Virus record (IMG/VR): IMGVR_UViG_3300042884_001034
Location: 1 to 64,000 of that record
Length of the DNA: 64,000 nucleotides
DNA from: an uncultured virus (IMG/VR IMGVR_UViG_3300042884_001034)
Taxonomy: Duplodnaviria > Heunggongvirae > Uroviricota > Caudoviricetes
Direction: 5' to 3' (one strand)
Shown here: positions 28,164 through 37,626 of the stretch, one piece after another
Position numbering within the stretch: position 1 is the stretch's first letter
How the letters are laid out: every line of letters starts with the position of its first letter
Program-made: the position numbers and the translations under genes
The notes under the pieces: generated by a model
What the model was told of the DNA's origin: nothing
What the model saw: only the letters and a program-made list of their open reading frames with translations
Databases searched by the model: none

Positions 28164-30065
28164 ATGGATTTAGGATTGGATGCGTTGAGTAAAATAACTG
28201 TGTTTTCAAAATACAGTAAGTATGTTCCAGAGAAAAAAAGAAGAGAAACCTGGGATGAAATAGTGGATAGATATGAGCAGATGCTGATTAAGAAATATCC
28301 TAAATTAGAAGTGGCTATTATTGATAGTGCTAAGTTTATTAGAGAGAGGAAGGTTCTTCCTTCAATGAGAGCTTTACAGTTTGCTGGGCCAGCTATGGAA
28401 GTTAATAATGCAAGAGGTTATAATTGTGCTTATTTACCTATTGATAGTCTGTATAGCTTCAGTGAGACAATGTTCTTATTACTAGGGGGTTCAGGTGTTG
28501 GATTTTCAGTTCAAAAACATCATGTAAATCAACTCCCAGAGATAACAAAACCAGGGAAAAAAAGAAATTATTTAATAGAAGATTCTATTATGGGCTGGGC
28601 AGATGCTGTAAAAGTACTTATGAAAGCTTATTTAGAAGGATCTTTTATGCCAACATTTGATTTTAGAGCTATTAGACATAAAGGAGCCAGATTAATCACT
28701 GCTGGAGGAAAAGCACCTGGTCCAGAACCATTAAAATTATGTTTGGCCCATATACAGGCTGTGTTAGATAGAAAAGAAGTGGGCCAAAAATTATCTCCTT
28801 TAGAATGTCACGATATTATGTGCCACATTGCTAACTCTGTATTAAGTGGGGGGATAAGAAGAAGTGCTATGATTTCTTTATTTAGCCATGATGACGAAGA
28901 AATGATTACATGTAAATACGGAAACTGGTGGGAATTAAATGAGCAACGTGGTAGATCTAATAATAGTGCTGTTTTAGAAAGAAATAATGTATCAGAAACA
29001 GAATTCTTTGATCTTTGGAAAAGGATTGAAGCTAGTGGATCAGGAGAACCAGGTCTTTATTGGACTAATAATAAAGATTGGGGCACCAATCCATGCTGCG
29101 AAATAGGATTAAGACCATTCCAATTCTGTAATTTATGTGAGCTCAATGTAAGTGATATAACTAGCCAGGAAGATCTTAATGAAAGAGCTGGTGTAGCTGC
29201 TTTCTTTGGTACATTACAAGCTGGATTTACAGACTTCCATTATTTACGTCCTATATGGAAACAAACCACTGATAAAGATGCTTTATTAGGAATAGGAATG
29301 ACTGGAATTGGTTCTGGGGAAATATTGAAATACAACTTAGATATAGCTGCTGCTGTAGCAAAGAATGTAAATTCTACAATTTCTGCTGTTATAGGAACAA
29401 ATGAAGCAGCTCGTGTTACATGTATAAAACCCTCAGGAACAACATCTTGTGTATTAGGAACAGCTAGTGGTATTCATGCTTGGCATGCTCCTTATTATCT
29501 AAGAACAATGCGTTTTAATAAGAATGAGGACATTGCTATGTATTTGGAAATAAATCATCCAGAACTATGTGAGGATGATGTATTAAGACCAAAAGATACA
29601 TTATGTGTAAGGATTCCTGTTAAAGCCCCAGAAGGGTCTATTTTTAGAACAGAAACAGCTGTTGATACATTAGAGCGTGTTAAAAGATTTTCCCAAGAAT
29701 GGATCCTACCAGGACATGTTAATGGGGATAACACACATAATGTAAGTGCTACAATTTCTATTGATAAAAATAGAAAATATCCATTCCATTTAGAGCACGG
29801 TGATGTTTGGGAAAAAGATGAGTGGCAAATAGTAGGTGAATGGATGTGGGACAATCAGGAGTTTTACAATGGTCTTAGTGTATTGCCTTATTTTGGAGGA
29901 AGTTATGCTCAAGCTCCTTTTGAAGACATTACAGAAGAGGAATATAATAGTCGTATATCTTCATTAAATTCCATAGATCTTACAAAAGTGGTAGAATTAG
30001 ATGATACAGTGGATTTTGGAGCTATTGCTGCATGTGCTGGGAATAATTGCGAAATAAATTTATAA
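28164..30065 (+). CDS. nrdJ: Ribonucleotide reductase, probably class II (adenosylcobalamin-dependent)
   Basis: RRETW, PSMR, YNC, GGSGVGFS, TNPCCEI, CNL.E, CIKPSGT, C-terminal CAGNNC; no small-subunit gene adjacent. Confidence 0.85.
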   Translation: MDLGLDALSKITVFSKYSKYVPEKKRRETWDEIVDRYEQMLIKKYPKLEVAIIDSAKFIRERKVLPSMRALQFAGPAMEVNNARGYNCAYLPIDSLYSFSETMFLLLGGSGVGFSVQKHHVNQLPEITKPGKKRNYLIEDSIMGWADAVKVLMKAYLEGSFMPTFDFRAIRHKGARLITAGGKAPGPEPLKLCLAHIQAVLDRKEVGQKLSPLECHDIMCHIANSVLSGGIRRSAMISLFSHDDEEMITCKYGNWWELNEQRGRSNNSAVLERNNVSETEFFDLWKRIEASGSGEPGLYWTNNKDWGTNPCCEIGLRPFQFCNLCELNVSDITSQEDLNERAGVAAFFGTLQAGFTDFHYLRPIWKQTTDKDALLGIGMTGIGSGEILKYNLDIAAAVAKNVNSTISAVIGTNEAARVTCIKPSGTTSCVLGTASGIHAWHAPYYLRTMRFNKNEDIAMYLEINHPELCEDDVLRPKDTLCVRIPVKAPEGSIFRTETAVDTLERVKRFSQEWILPGHVNGDNTHNVSATISIDKNRKYPFHLEHGDVWEKDEWQIVGEWMWDNQEFYNGLSVLPYFGGSYAQAPFEDITEEEYNSRISSLNSIDLTKVVELDDTVDFGAIAACAGNNCEINL

Positions 30066-30167
30066 TAATGAAACACGATAATTTAGTACAAAATATTGTA
30101 TCTTCGTTTTACAATATGATTAAAAATAATAAATAATATTTCCTTTGATTTCCGATTAATAATGAAA

Positions 30168-30205
30168 AGCCCCTAATGTTTCTACATATAAGGGGCTATT
30201 TTTTT
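30168..30205 (+). terminator. Intrinsic terminator
   Basis: agcccct...aggggct followed by a T-tract. Confidence 0.65.
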
Positions 30206-30239
30206 GTGGAATCGTTGGGGATTATTAAGGATTTTTTTG

Positions 30240-30247
30240 TACATTTG
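30240..30247 (+). promoter_or_regulatory. -7 promoter box (TACATTTG)
   Basis: TAnnTTTG 21 nt before recA. Confidence 0.55.
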
Positions 30248-30268
30248 TTTAAAGAATAAAATAAAAAT

Positions 30269-32125
30269 ATGGCAAAATCAAAGGAAACAGCTTCAGAAAA
30301 CAAAGGAAAATTTCAAGAAGCATTAGACAAATTAAATAAGACATATGGTGTTGGAACAGTGCTTACATTAGACAATAACAATACAGAAAGTTATGATGTT
30401 ATAAGTACAGGAAGTATTGGATTTGATAATGTTACATTAGGTGTAGGAGGATTTGTTAAGGGTAAACTATATGAATTGATGGGCTGGGAAGGTTGCCTAG
30501 CAGAAGACACTTATATTAAATTTATTAATGTTAGACCTGATGGAATTGTACAAGATTGTAAAGGTGGCACAATTAAAAATCTTTATGAAAGATTTCATAA
30601 TAGATCTGAAGAAACAAAAAATACAATATTTAATGTAACTTCTATCAATGAACATGATAGAGTGTTTAGAAATCAAATAGCTGATGTAGTAAAATCAGGA
30701 GTAAAAGAGTGTTTTGAAGTTATCACTAAAAAAGGATTTAAAATTAAAGCTACAAAAGATCATAAATTTTATTCTGGAGAGAGTTATATTCCACTTGAAA
30801 AATTAAAAGTTGGAGACATAGTGTTTGTACACAATAATACTTCTTGGAAATGTTCTAAAAAAAGAACACGTTCAAAATATGAAGAAACTACAATGAAATG
30901 GTATTACAAAGGAAACCCACGCAAAATTAATGGGTTTGATTATTTTAGAGAAAAAATCCATAGATTAGTTTTTGAAGCTAATATGAATAACATGACTTAT
31001 GATAAATATAAAGAAATGTTAAATAGTGGGATAACTAGTTTGCCTAATAATTTTTGGACTATACCTGAAGAATTTGATATTCATCATATAGATGAAAATA
31101 CTAAAAACAATGATATTTCTAATCTACAATTAATACAAAATAGTGAACATGCTAAATTACATGCTTTAAATAATCATAATAATTTAAGATTTGTTGTTGT
31201 AGAAGATGAAATAGTTAGTATCAAATCTGTAGGAAACATGGAAACATATGATATTAAATGTTATTTTCCTTATAATAATTTTATTGCTGAGGGTATTGTA
31301 GTACATAATTCAGGTAAATCAACAATCTGTGGACATGTTGTTGCTGAATGCCAGAAAGCAGGAGGAGTGGCTTTATATATTGATGGTGAACACGCTGTTG
31401 ATAAAAAATATTTCCAGGCAATTGGTGTAGATACAACAAAAATGTTAATTGCTCAACCATCATGCGGAGAAGAAGGATTTAATATTGCTATGGAAATGAT
31501 TAATTCAGGAACAATTGATCTTGTTATTATTGACTCTGATAGCTCACTAATTCCTAAAAAAGTGTTAGATGGTGATGTAGGAGATAGCTCTATTGGTAAA
31601 AAAGCTTTACTAAATAGTAATGCCTATCCAAAACTTAAAACAGCTCTTTCTGAGCATAATGTTTGTGTTATTGTTGTTTCCCAGTATAGAGAAAAAATAG
31701 GTGTTATGTTTGGTAATCCTACCACTACACAAGGAGGACATGCTTTAAAATTTTATTCTGATTGTAGAATAGAAGTGAGTAAGAGTCTTGCAAAAGACGG
31801 AGATGTTAATTATGGTAATATAACTAAAATAAAAGCTATAAAAAATAAAATGTCTCCTCCTTATAGACTTTCTCAATTTGAGATAGTCTATGGTGTGGGA
31901 ATTGATAAGCTTAAAGAGATAATGGAACTTGCCTCAGATTTTGAGATTATTAAGAAATGGGGTAAGACTATCACCTTTGGAGAGACAAAATATGATGTTG
32001 AAGAATTTAAAGCAATGTTGTTAGACAATGAAGAGTTTTATAATAGTCTAAAAAGTCAAATTATTAACAAAATTAATAACACAGAAATTAAAACAGAAAC
32101 AGATGAGTCTACAAGTGAAGATTAA
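30269..32125 (+). CDS. recA: RecA recombinase interrupted by an intein (spliced product 346 aa)
   Basis: ISTGS..D..LG.GG, split Walker A GWEG|SGKST, YIDGEHA, QP..GEE, SQ.REKIGVMFGNP.TT.GG.ALKFY, KNK..PP. Confidence 0.95.
   Translation: MAKSKETASENKGKFQEALDKLNKTYGVGTVLTLDNNNTESYDVISTGSIGFDNVTLGVGGFVKGKLYELMGWEGCLAEDTYIKFINVRPDGIVQDCKGGTIKNLYERFHNRSEETKNTIFNVTSINEHDRVFRNQIADVVKSGVKECFEVITKKGFKIKATKDHKFYSGESYIPLEKLKVGDIVFVHNNTSWKCSKKRTRSKYEETTMKWYYKGNPRKINGFDYFREKIHRLVFEANMNNMTYDKYKEMLNSGITSLPNNFWTIPEEFDIHHIDENTKNNDISNLQLIQNSEHAKLHALNNHNNLRFVVVEDEIVSIKSVGNMETYDIKCYFPYNNFIAEGIVVHNSGKSTICGHVVAECQKAGGVALYIDGEHAVDKKYFQAIGVDTTKMLIAQPSCGEEGFNIAMEMINSGTIDLVIIDSDSSLIPKKVLDGDVGDSSIGKKALLNSNAYPKLKTALSEHNVCVIVVSQYREKIGVMFGNPTTTQGGHALKFYSDCRIEVSKSLAKDGDVNYGNITKIKAIKNKMSPPYRLSQFEIVYGVGIDKLKEIMELASDFEIIKKWGKTITFGETKYDVEEFKAMLLDNEEFYNSLKSQIINKINNTEIKTETDESTSED
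30494..31309 (+). mobile_element. Intein (272 aa) with HNH homing endonuclease
   Basis: Starts CLAEDT; block B ATKDHKF; HHIDENTKNN..SNL...EH..LH; ends TYDI...NFIAEGIVVHN followed by Ser. Confidence 0.93.
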
Positions 32126-32546
32126 AAAATTGCATAAAAATGCAATAATTCCTTCTTATGCAAAAGAAGGGGATGCTGCAATGGATATTACAGCAACAGA
32201 AGTGAATTATGATAATCAATATGTATCATACAAAACAGGAATTGCTATTGAAATTCCAGAGGGATTTGTAGGACTTTTATTCCCAAGAAGCAGCATAAGT
32301 AAAAAAGAATTATTATTATGTAATTCTGTAGGAGTGATAGATTCTGGATATAGAGGAGAATTAGAGTTTAGATTTAAACTAGTGGGGAATGGTGTTCTAG
32401 CAAGTGGTGTACGTAATATCTATTCTCCTGGCGAGAGAGTGGGACAACTAATGGTGATCCCACATCCTTATGTTAAATTTGTAGAAGTGGAACAACTTTC
32501 AGAAACAAGTAGAAACGATAGTGGATTTGGTAGCACTGGTAACTAA
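32103..32546 (+). CDS. dut: Trimeric dUTPase
   Basis: DA.MDI, PRSS, VGVIDSGYRGE, ERVGQL, R..SGFGSTG. Confidence 0.95.
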   Translation: MSLQVKIKKLHKNAIIPSYAKEGDAAMDITATEVNYDNQYVSYKTGIAIEIPEGFVGLLFPRSSISKKELLLCNSVGVIDSGYRGELEFRFKLVGNGVLASGVRNIYSPGERVGQLMVIPHPYVKFVEVEQLSETSRNDSGFGSTGN

Positions 32547-32556
32547 TACAAATAAT

Positions 32557-32583
32557 AAGGAGGGAATTTATTTTCCCTCCTTT
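32557..32583 (+). terminator. Intrinsic terminator
   Basis: aaggagggaa-tttatt-ttccctcctt. Confidence 0.7.
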
Positions 32584-32755
32584 AAATTTTAAAATATGTA
32601 TAAATATCAAAACAATTCAGGAAACATTTTTACTAATTGGATAGGAGTGTTGACAGCAGATCTAGAAGAACTTGTAATAGGATGGAAAATAAATTATAAT
32701 ATTTCTATACCATCTAATTTTATAGTACATTTGATAGATAAAAAACTGAAGAGAA

Positions 32756-32974
32756 ATGAGTCTGAGTACTAGTATTATCACTTCTATTAAAGACGAAGAA
32801 TTGGATATATTTAAGAAACAATATACAAATCTTGCTGACCTTAGAAAAGAAATAGATCGTCTTAAAAAGGAATACAAAAAGAATAAAGATGTTGTTTACA
32901 AAAATAATATCAATTTTTTTATAGATATGTATAATATAAGAGTGGGATATTTATATTATAAAAAAGTAAAGTGA
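32756..32974 (+). CDS. Hypothetical protein
   Basis: 72 aa ORF. Confidence 0.55.
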   Translation: MSLSTSIITSIKDEELDIFKKQYTNLADLRKEIDRLKKEYKKNKDVVYKNNINFFIDMYNIRVGYLYYKKVK

Positions 32975-32977
32975 TAT

Positions 32978-33349
32978 ATGACAGCAGTAGAATTATCAAA
33001 AGTGAAAGAGTACCAAAGAGACTTCTATAAAACTTTTAAAAGAAAATTAGAAATTGATTGGCAATTAATGAATGGTATAGATAAAAATTCTAAAATAGAG
33101 GTGATTGAAATTCCTGAAGAATCTTTAGAAGATATTTTTGAACATTGTATAAATAAACACAATGCTGATTTAGATGTAATTAGAAATAGAAGCTATAAAG
33201 TTCATAAAGTGAATAGATGTAAAGAAAGAAAAGCTTTAGTAGAATTTTGTACTATAGTTGTTAAAGAAAGGTATTCTGTTTCTAAAGCTTCTAAACTAAT
33301 AAACAGAGACAGGTCTTGTGTATATAATTTTTCACAAATAAAACCATAA
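32978..33349 (+). CDS. Putative HTH protein resembling DnaA domain IV
   Basis: RKA......YSVSKASKLINRDRSCVYN resembles the DnaA C-terminal RDHTTV helix. Confidence 0.45.
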   Translation: MTAVELSKVKEYQRDFYKTFKRKLEIDWQLMNGIDKNSKIEVIEIPEESLEDIFEHCINKHNADLDVIRNRSYKVHKVNRCKERKALVEFCTIVVKERYSVSKASKLINRDRSCVYNFSQIKP

Positions 33350-33759
33350 TGAGATCAAATTGTAAAATGCCTGGTTGTAATAATCCAGTGTGGAGCGACA
33401 AACTCTGTATAAACCACAAACCAAGAAAAAAGTTATTAGTAACTAGAAGTTTAAATAAAGGAAAAATGAGTAGTACAAAAGACGAGGAATATGAAAAAAT
33501 GCGTACTTTTTTCAAAAGTATTTGGGATAAAAAACCCCATAAGTCAGAAATTAGTGGAGACTATATTGGGCCAGAACCTTTAAGTATATATTTTCACCAC
33601 ATACTACCAAAAGGAAAGCATCCAGAAGCTAAATTTGATGAAGATAATATAATACTTCTCACTTGGCAAGAACATGATCAAGTGGAGATGGATATATTTA
33701 GATTTCACGAAATTAACGAAAGAAGAAACACTTTAAAAGCCAAATATGAAGGAGCCTAA
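33349..33759 (+). CDS. HNH-like nuclease with N-terminal C-x4-C...C-x2-H finger
   Basis: SEISG...FHHILPK..HPE...NIILLT..EH. Confidence 0.65.
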   Translation: MRSNCKMPGCNNPVWSDKLCINHKPRKKLLVTRSLNKGKMSSTKDEEYEKMRTFFKSIWDKKPHKSEISGDYIGPEPLSIYFHHILPKGKHPEAKFDEDNIILLTWQEHDQVEMDIFRFHEINERRNTLKAKYEGA

Positions 33760-34399
33760 CAGAGAACGCAAGAATGAAATTAAGTATGAAATACAACTTA
33801 ATGAAGAACAAAAAGAAGCTAAAAGACTTATCAGGGAAAATCAAATAGTAGTTATTACTGGAAGAGCTGGTTGTGGAAAGTCCTTAGTATGCGCACAAGT
33901 GGCTTTAGACTTTCTTTTTAAAAAGCAATGTGAGAAGGTGTTAGTTACTAGGGCCACTATAGAAGTGGGTAATTCATTAGGATTTCTTCCTGGAGGACTT
34001 TCAGAAAAATTTAACCCTTATTTAGAAGCGTTTATTGAAAATCTTAATAAATGTTATAATAGCCAAAAGATAGAAACACTAATATCAGAAAACAAAATAT
34101 TAGCCTATCCTATACAATTTATCCGTGGTAAAACTATTGATGATATATTAATTGTCGAAGAAGCGCAAAACCTTACTAAAGCTCAAATGTTAGCTATTTT
34201 AACAAGAATAGGTAAGACAGGAAAGATTGTTATTAATGGGGATCTTGAGCAAACAGATATTAGAGATGGGAGTATGAATGGTCTTTCTTACGTTATTGAA
34301 CTTTCTAAAAAAATAGAAGGAATACAATATATTAAACTAAAAGAAAATCATAGAAGTGATCTTGTAGGAAAGATTTTAGATTTTGAATATGGCAAATAA
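33746..34399 (+). CDS. phoH: PhoH-like ATPase
   Basis: GRAGCGKS, TRA, LGFLPG..SEK..PY, FIRGKT, EEAQN, LTRIG, GD..Q.D, HRS. Confidence 0.92.
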   Translation: MKEPNRERKNEIKYEIQLNEEQKEAKRLIRENQIVVITGRAGCGKSLVCAQVALDFLFKKQCEKVLVTRATIEVGNSLGFLPGGLSEKFNPYLEAFIENLNKCYNSQKIETLISENKILAYPIQFIRGKTIDDILIVEEAQNLTKAQMLAILTRIGKTGKIVINGDLEQTDIRDGSMNGLSYVIELSKKIEGIQYIKLKENHRSDLVGKILDFEYGK

Positions 34400-34784
34400 A
34401 CCATTAAGCAGAGAATTTTTATTAAACAGAGGATATTGTTGTGGCAATGGTTGCCTCAATTGTCCTTATAAACCAAAAACAAATATGAAAAATCAATTCT
34501 TTTACACCCGTAAAGAGCTTGTATCTGGAACACCAGAAAATCCTGAATTCAAAGAATTTAGAGATAGTTTTAATATTGAAAAAGTGGTGAGAACCATCAC
34601 TATGGAAGATGGGAGAATGTTAGTGCTACTTGATGATCTCCATGAGAGAGCTCAACAAGTACCTGATGTTGATCCAAAGACAAACAAAATGAGAGGTTAT
34701 AAAAGAGAGCGCAACACTTTCCAAAGTGAGATATACTTGGAGCCTGCTGATGCTGTTAAATTTTATAACCAAACAACCATCTAA
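34383..34784 (+). CDS. Hypothetical protein with N-terminal Cys-rich motif (DUF5522-like)
   Basis: RGYCCGNGCLNCPY followed in frame by a second Met (MKNQFFY) that may be an independent start. Confidence 0.6.
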   Translation: MNMANKPLSREFLLNRGYCCGNGCLNCPYKPKTNMKNQFFYTRKELVSGTPENPEFKEFRDSFNIEKVVRTITMEDGRMLVLLDDLHERAQQVPDVDPKTNKMRGYKRERNTFQSEIYLEPADAVKFYNQTTI

Positions 34785-35461
34785 TGATCTCTGTTCTAAC
34801 CATAACATACCAAAGGCACCATCTACTTGAGGAAGCTATACAGTCTTTTCTTCGGAATTTTCAAGAAGGAGATGAAATGGTTGTAATTAATGACAGTCCT
34901 GATGTAAAATATATATACGACCATCCTAATGTAAAAATAATAAATACGGAATTTAGATTTCCTTCTATTTCTAAAAAACTGGAATGGGGATATAAACAAT
35001 GTCAAAATAATTATATTTATAGGTTAGATGATGATGATCTTTTAGGGCCCAATTCTCTAGGTATTGTAAAAAATGGAGTTAATATTGATGCTGATTATGA
35101 TATTTACAGAAGTGATAGCCACTATTTTTTTGTAAACAATAAGTTTGAAAAGTTATCTGATAACATAAATAATGGTAATGTCTACTCTAAGAAATATTTA
35201 GATGGAATAAAATTTCCAGATAAAAGTGGTGATGAGGATGTTGATATAACTTTCCATCATAATGCTAAAATATTTACATTAAAATTCCCCACTATGATTT
35301 ATAGATGGGGAATGAACACTTATCATATTTCTGGATGGGGAAAACAATCTTCTGACACAATTCTTAATAACACTGATAAGTTAATAAGAACCAAAGAGAG
35401 GGGAGAGATAATACTAAACCCTCATTTTAAAGAAGACTATTACAAACAGTTAATATCATAA
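34784..35461 (+). CDS. GT2-family glycosyltransferase
   Basis: ISVLT.TY.R..LLEEAI.S, VVINDS, RLDDDD, GDED. Confidence 0.85.
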   Translation: MISVLTITYQRHHLLEEAIQSFLRNFQEGDEMVVINDSPDVKYIYDHPNVKIINTEFRFPSISKKLEWGYKQCQNNYIYRLDDDDLLGPNSLGIVKNGVNIDADYDIYRSDSHYFFVNNKFEKLSDNINNGNVYSKKYLDGIKFPDKSGDEDVDITFHHNAKIFTLKFPTMIYRWGMNTYHISGWGKQSSDTILNNTDKLIRTKERGEIILNPHFKEDYYKQLIS

Positions 35462-35464
35462 AAT

Positions 35465-35496
35465 AAAAAAGCCTTTCAATTACGAAAGGCTTTTTT
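35465..35496. terminator. Bidirectional terminator at the convergence of the two genome arms
   Basis: aaaaaagcctttc-aattac-gaaaggctttttt perfect stem flanked by A and T tracts. Confidence 0.9.
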
Positions 35497-35498
35497 CT

Positions 35499-35672
35499 TT
35501 ATTTTGAAAGACGTTTTTGCTTCATAGGAAGCATCGGGCTCTTAAGTCGCAACTTAGTATCTGCTTCCCTCATAAAATTAGCATCAGGCCTAGAGTTTTT
35601 CACTTTAGGAGCTTTTCTGGGTTTACCAGATTTTTTAGCTTTACCAGCAGTCATGTTTTTACTTGCAACCAT
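35499..35672 (-). CDS. Small Lys/Arg-rich protein (start uncertain)
   Basis: MVASKNMTAGKAKKSGKPRKAPKV...; last gene of the basic cluster. Confidence 0.55.
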   Translation of the reverse strand: MVASKNMTAGKAKKSGKPRKAPKVKNSRPDANFMREADTKLRLKSPMLPMKQKRLSK

Positions 35673-36231
35673 ATGCACATTTTTTAACCTTTCCTCCCAT
35701 TTTATTTTTACCAATAACTTTATTAGCTCTTTTGTTAGTGTAAGACTTTGCTTGATTTATACTATCTCTTGTTGCAATTCTCTTTTCTCTTGCTGCAATT
35801 TCTTTCAGCGTGTTAGCATTTGATTGCTTAATAGTTGTACCAACTTGAGCTTTCTCTACTTTCATTCCTTTTTTAGCAATAACACCTCTACCTTTAAGAA
35901 TATCAGCTTTAGTTATTTTACCGTCTTTGTTAAGATCAGGGAATGAACCACCTTTTTTAGCTTTAACAGTTTTACCACCCATTTTTTGCTTTTTTAAAGG
36001 AAATCCATTAGCATCATAACCAGGTTTTCCTTTTTTAGACTGTCTATCTAAGTCTGAGCTAGATTGTTTAGCCCTTTTAAAAGCACTTTCAGAGTACTTA
36101 GGAGAGCTCATATTCCTTGCAGCTGCTTCATAATTATCCATCATCTCCTTTTTATAATAAGCTGAACTATCAGCCGTAGGTTTAACAGATTTACCAGCTT
36201 GAGCTTTTTTAATTTTTTTTACAGTTGCCAT
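35659..36231 (-). CDS. Lys-rich protein with repeated xKxGG/AQxG motifs and an EF-hand-like loop
   Basis: MATVKKIKKAQAG, QKMGG, AKKGG, NKMGG; DLNKDGKITKAD. Confidence 0.75.
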   Translation of the reverse strand: MATVKKIKKAQAGKSVKPTADSSAYYKKEMMDNYEAAARNMSSPKYSESAFKRAKQSSSDLDRQSKKGKPGYDANGFPLKKQKMGGKTVKAKKGGSFPDLNKDGKITKADILKGRGVIAKKGMKVEKAQVGTTIKQSNANTLKEIAAREKRIATRDSINQAKSYTNKRANKVIGKNKMGGKVKKCAYGCK

Positions 36232-36575
36232 TATTTTTTCTTTTTTATAGATTTAACAATTTTTTTAGAAGAAGACTTAACAGCTAATTTTTTCTTAACT
36301 ATTTTACCACCATTTTTTTGTTCTGGAAGGTTATTTTGTCTATCGTATTTAGCTTCTTTTTTAGCCTCTCTAGCTTCTCTACGTTCATCTCTTTTCACCT
36401 CTCTTTCAGCACGTCTAATTTCTCTGTTTCCTATCCTTTCATCTTTCCGCATTAAACGCTCATTTTCTCTTTCATCTCTATCTCTACTTCTAGTGACAGC
36501 ACATTTTCCACTAGTGGTAGATCCCCATTGGGCTTTTTTAAGAGTTTTTACTGTGCTTTTTTTAATAGTTGCCAT
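36231..36575 (-). CDS. Lys/Arg-rich protein
   Basis: MATIKK...KKAQWG, R/E helical core, QKNGG. Confidence 0.7.
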   Translation of the reverse strand: MATIKKSTVKTLKKAQWGSTTSGKCAVTRSRDRDERENERLMRKDERIGNREIRRAEREVKRDERREAREAKKEAKYDRQNNLPEQKNGGKIVKKKLAVKSSSKKIVKSIKKKK

Positions 36576-36613
36576 AGTTATTTTATTTAAGAATTACCGA
36601 ATTTGGCAGGGTT

Positions 36614-37066
36614 TTACTTCCCTTTTTGGCTTTTAATTTTTTTCTCTTGTTTCAGCATTGCCGCTGTAGGTTTTTTACCAGATCCTTTAGCAGCTCTAAT
36701 ATTGTCCCATAATCCTCTTTTAGAATATGAGCCGTCAGCACGTTTGATCATTCCACCTTTCTTCATTTTCAAAGATTCTAAAGTTGAAGGAACTTCTTTT
36801 TTTAATATCTTTTTAGAGGATTCACTTTTTACTATGTTTCCAGATATTTTATCTCCTTCGCCTGTTTGCGTTTTCACTGTGTAACTAGGTTTACCTTTTG
36901 AGTACCCTGTAGTATCAACAGAAGTTCTTGTATATTTGTAAGGCTTTGTAATACCTCCAACAGTTGTTCTTTCTTTTTCTGTTTTAAATACACCAAGTCC
37001 TGGTCTAGAACCTTTAATTATTTCTTTACCTTCTTGAGCTTTCTTAATTTTTTTTATTGTTGGCAT
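36614..37066 (-). CDS. Lys-rich protein (likely start MPTIKKIKKAQ at 37066)
   Basis: N-terminus matches neighbours; MKKGG followed by GLWDNIRA module. Confidence 0.7.
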   Translation of the reverse strand: MPTIKKIKKAQEGKEIIKGSRPGLGVFKTEKERTTVGGITKPYKYTRTSVDTTGYSKGKPSYTVKTQTGEGDKISGNIVKSESSKKILKKEVPSTLESLKMKKGGMIKRADGSYSKRGLWDNIRAAKGSGKKPTAAMLKQEKKIKSQKGK

Positions 37067-37067
37067 G

Positions 37068-37439
37068 TTAACATTTCCATTTACGAAGTGACTTATTAAT
37101 CCTACTATTAGGATCATTAGCTGTTTTAGCAGATGTTAATTTCTTTTTCATCCCTGACATTCTTGAACAGAATGATTTTTTTCTAGGACCACCTTCAGGT
37201 TGTGGAGCTTTTAATCCTGGTTTTCCTGGATTAGCTCTATTATAAGAAGCTCTACCTTTAGCATTTAATCCTCCAGATTCAGATTTACCTTCTTTTCTTT
37301 GCCAGGCTGGTGTTTTACCACCATTTTTAAGTGTAGAGCCTTTAAATTCTCCTTTCTTTTTAACAAGAGGCCCATTAGGAACAGGGGTGACACCTCTCAT
37401 CCTAGGAGCATCTTTAAGAAGTTTTTTTATTGTAGCCAT
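37068..37439 (-). CDS. Basic protein with DUF6321-like domain
   Basis: LKNGG then TPAWQRKEGK..GGLNAKGRASY...RKKSFCSRM...SRINKSLRKWKC (family name recalled, not searched). Confidence 0.75.
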   Translation of the reverse strand: MATIKKLLKDAPRMRGVTPVPNGPLVKKKGEFKGSTLKNGGKTPAWQRKEGKSESGGLNAKGRASYNRANPGKPGLKAPQPEGGPRKKSFCSRMSGMKKKLTSAKTANDPNSRINKSLRKWKC

Positions 37440-37626
37440 CTCTTTTAAATGTTATATTCTGTTTCACTATAATATCACGGTGTGTAAATTGCCAAAGTTC
37501 TCCTGTAGAGTTTATAATTACAGTGTATATAGTGTCTGTTTCATGACCATAGTCTGTAATAATCCAAATGACACCATCACCTTTAGAGGTGGACACTTCC
37601 ACTCTGTTTTTGGGTTCAAATATCAT
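37414..37626 (-). CDS. Small hypothetical protein
   Basis: V.T.KG.G.....DYG.E.D..YTV....GE.W pattern. Confidence 0.65.
   Translation of the reverse strand: MIFEPKNRVEVSTSKGDGVIWIITDYGHETDTIYTVIINSTGELWQFTHRDIIVKQNITFKRDGYNKKTS

Noticed and set aside
5651..34399. ThyX, RNR, dUTPase and PhoH as a novel metabolic or DNA-modification system
   Set aside because: Common phage nucleotide-metabolism and auxiliary genes; no evidence of a modified-base pathway in the window
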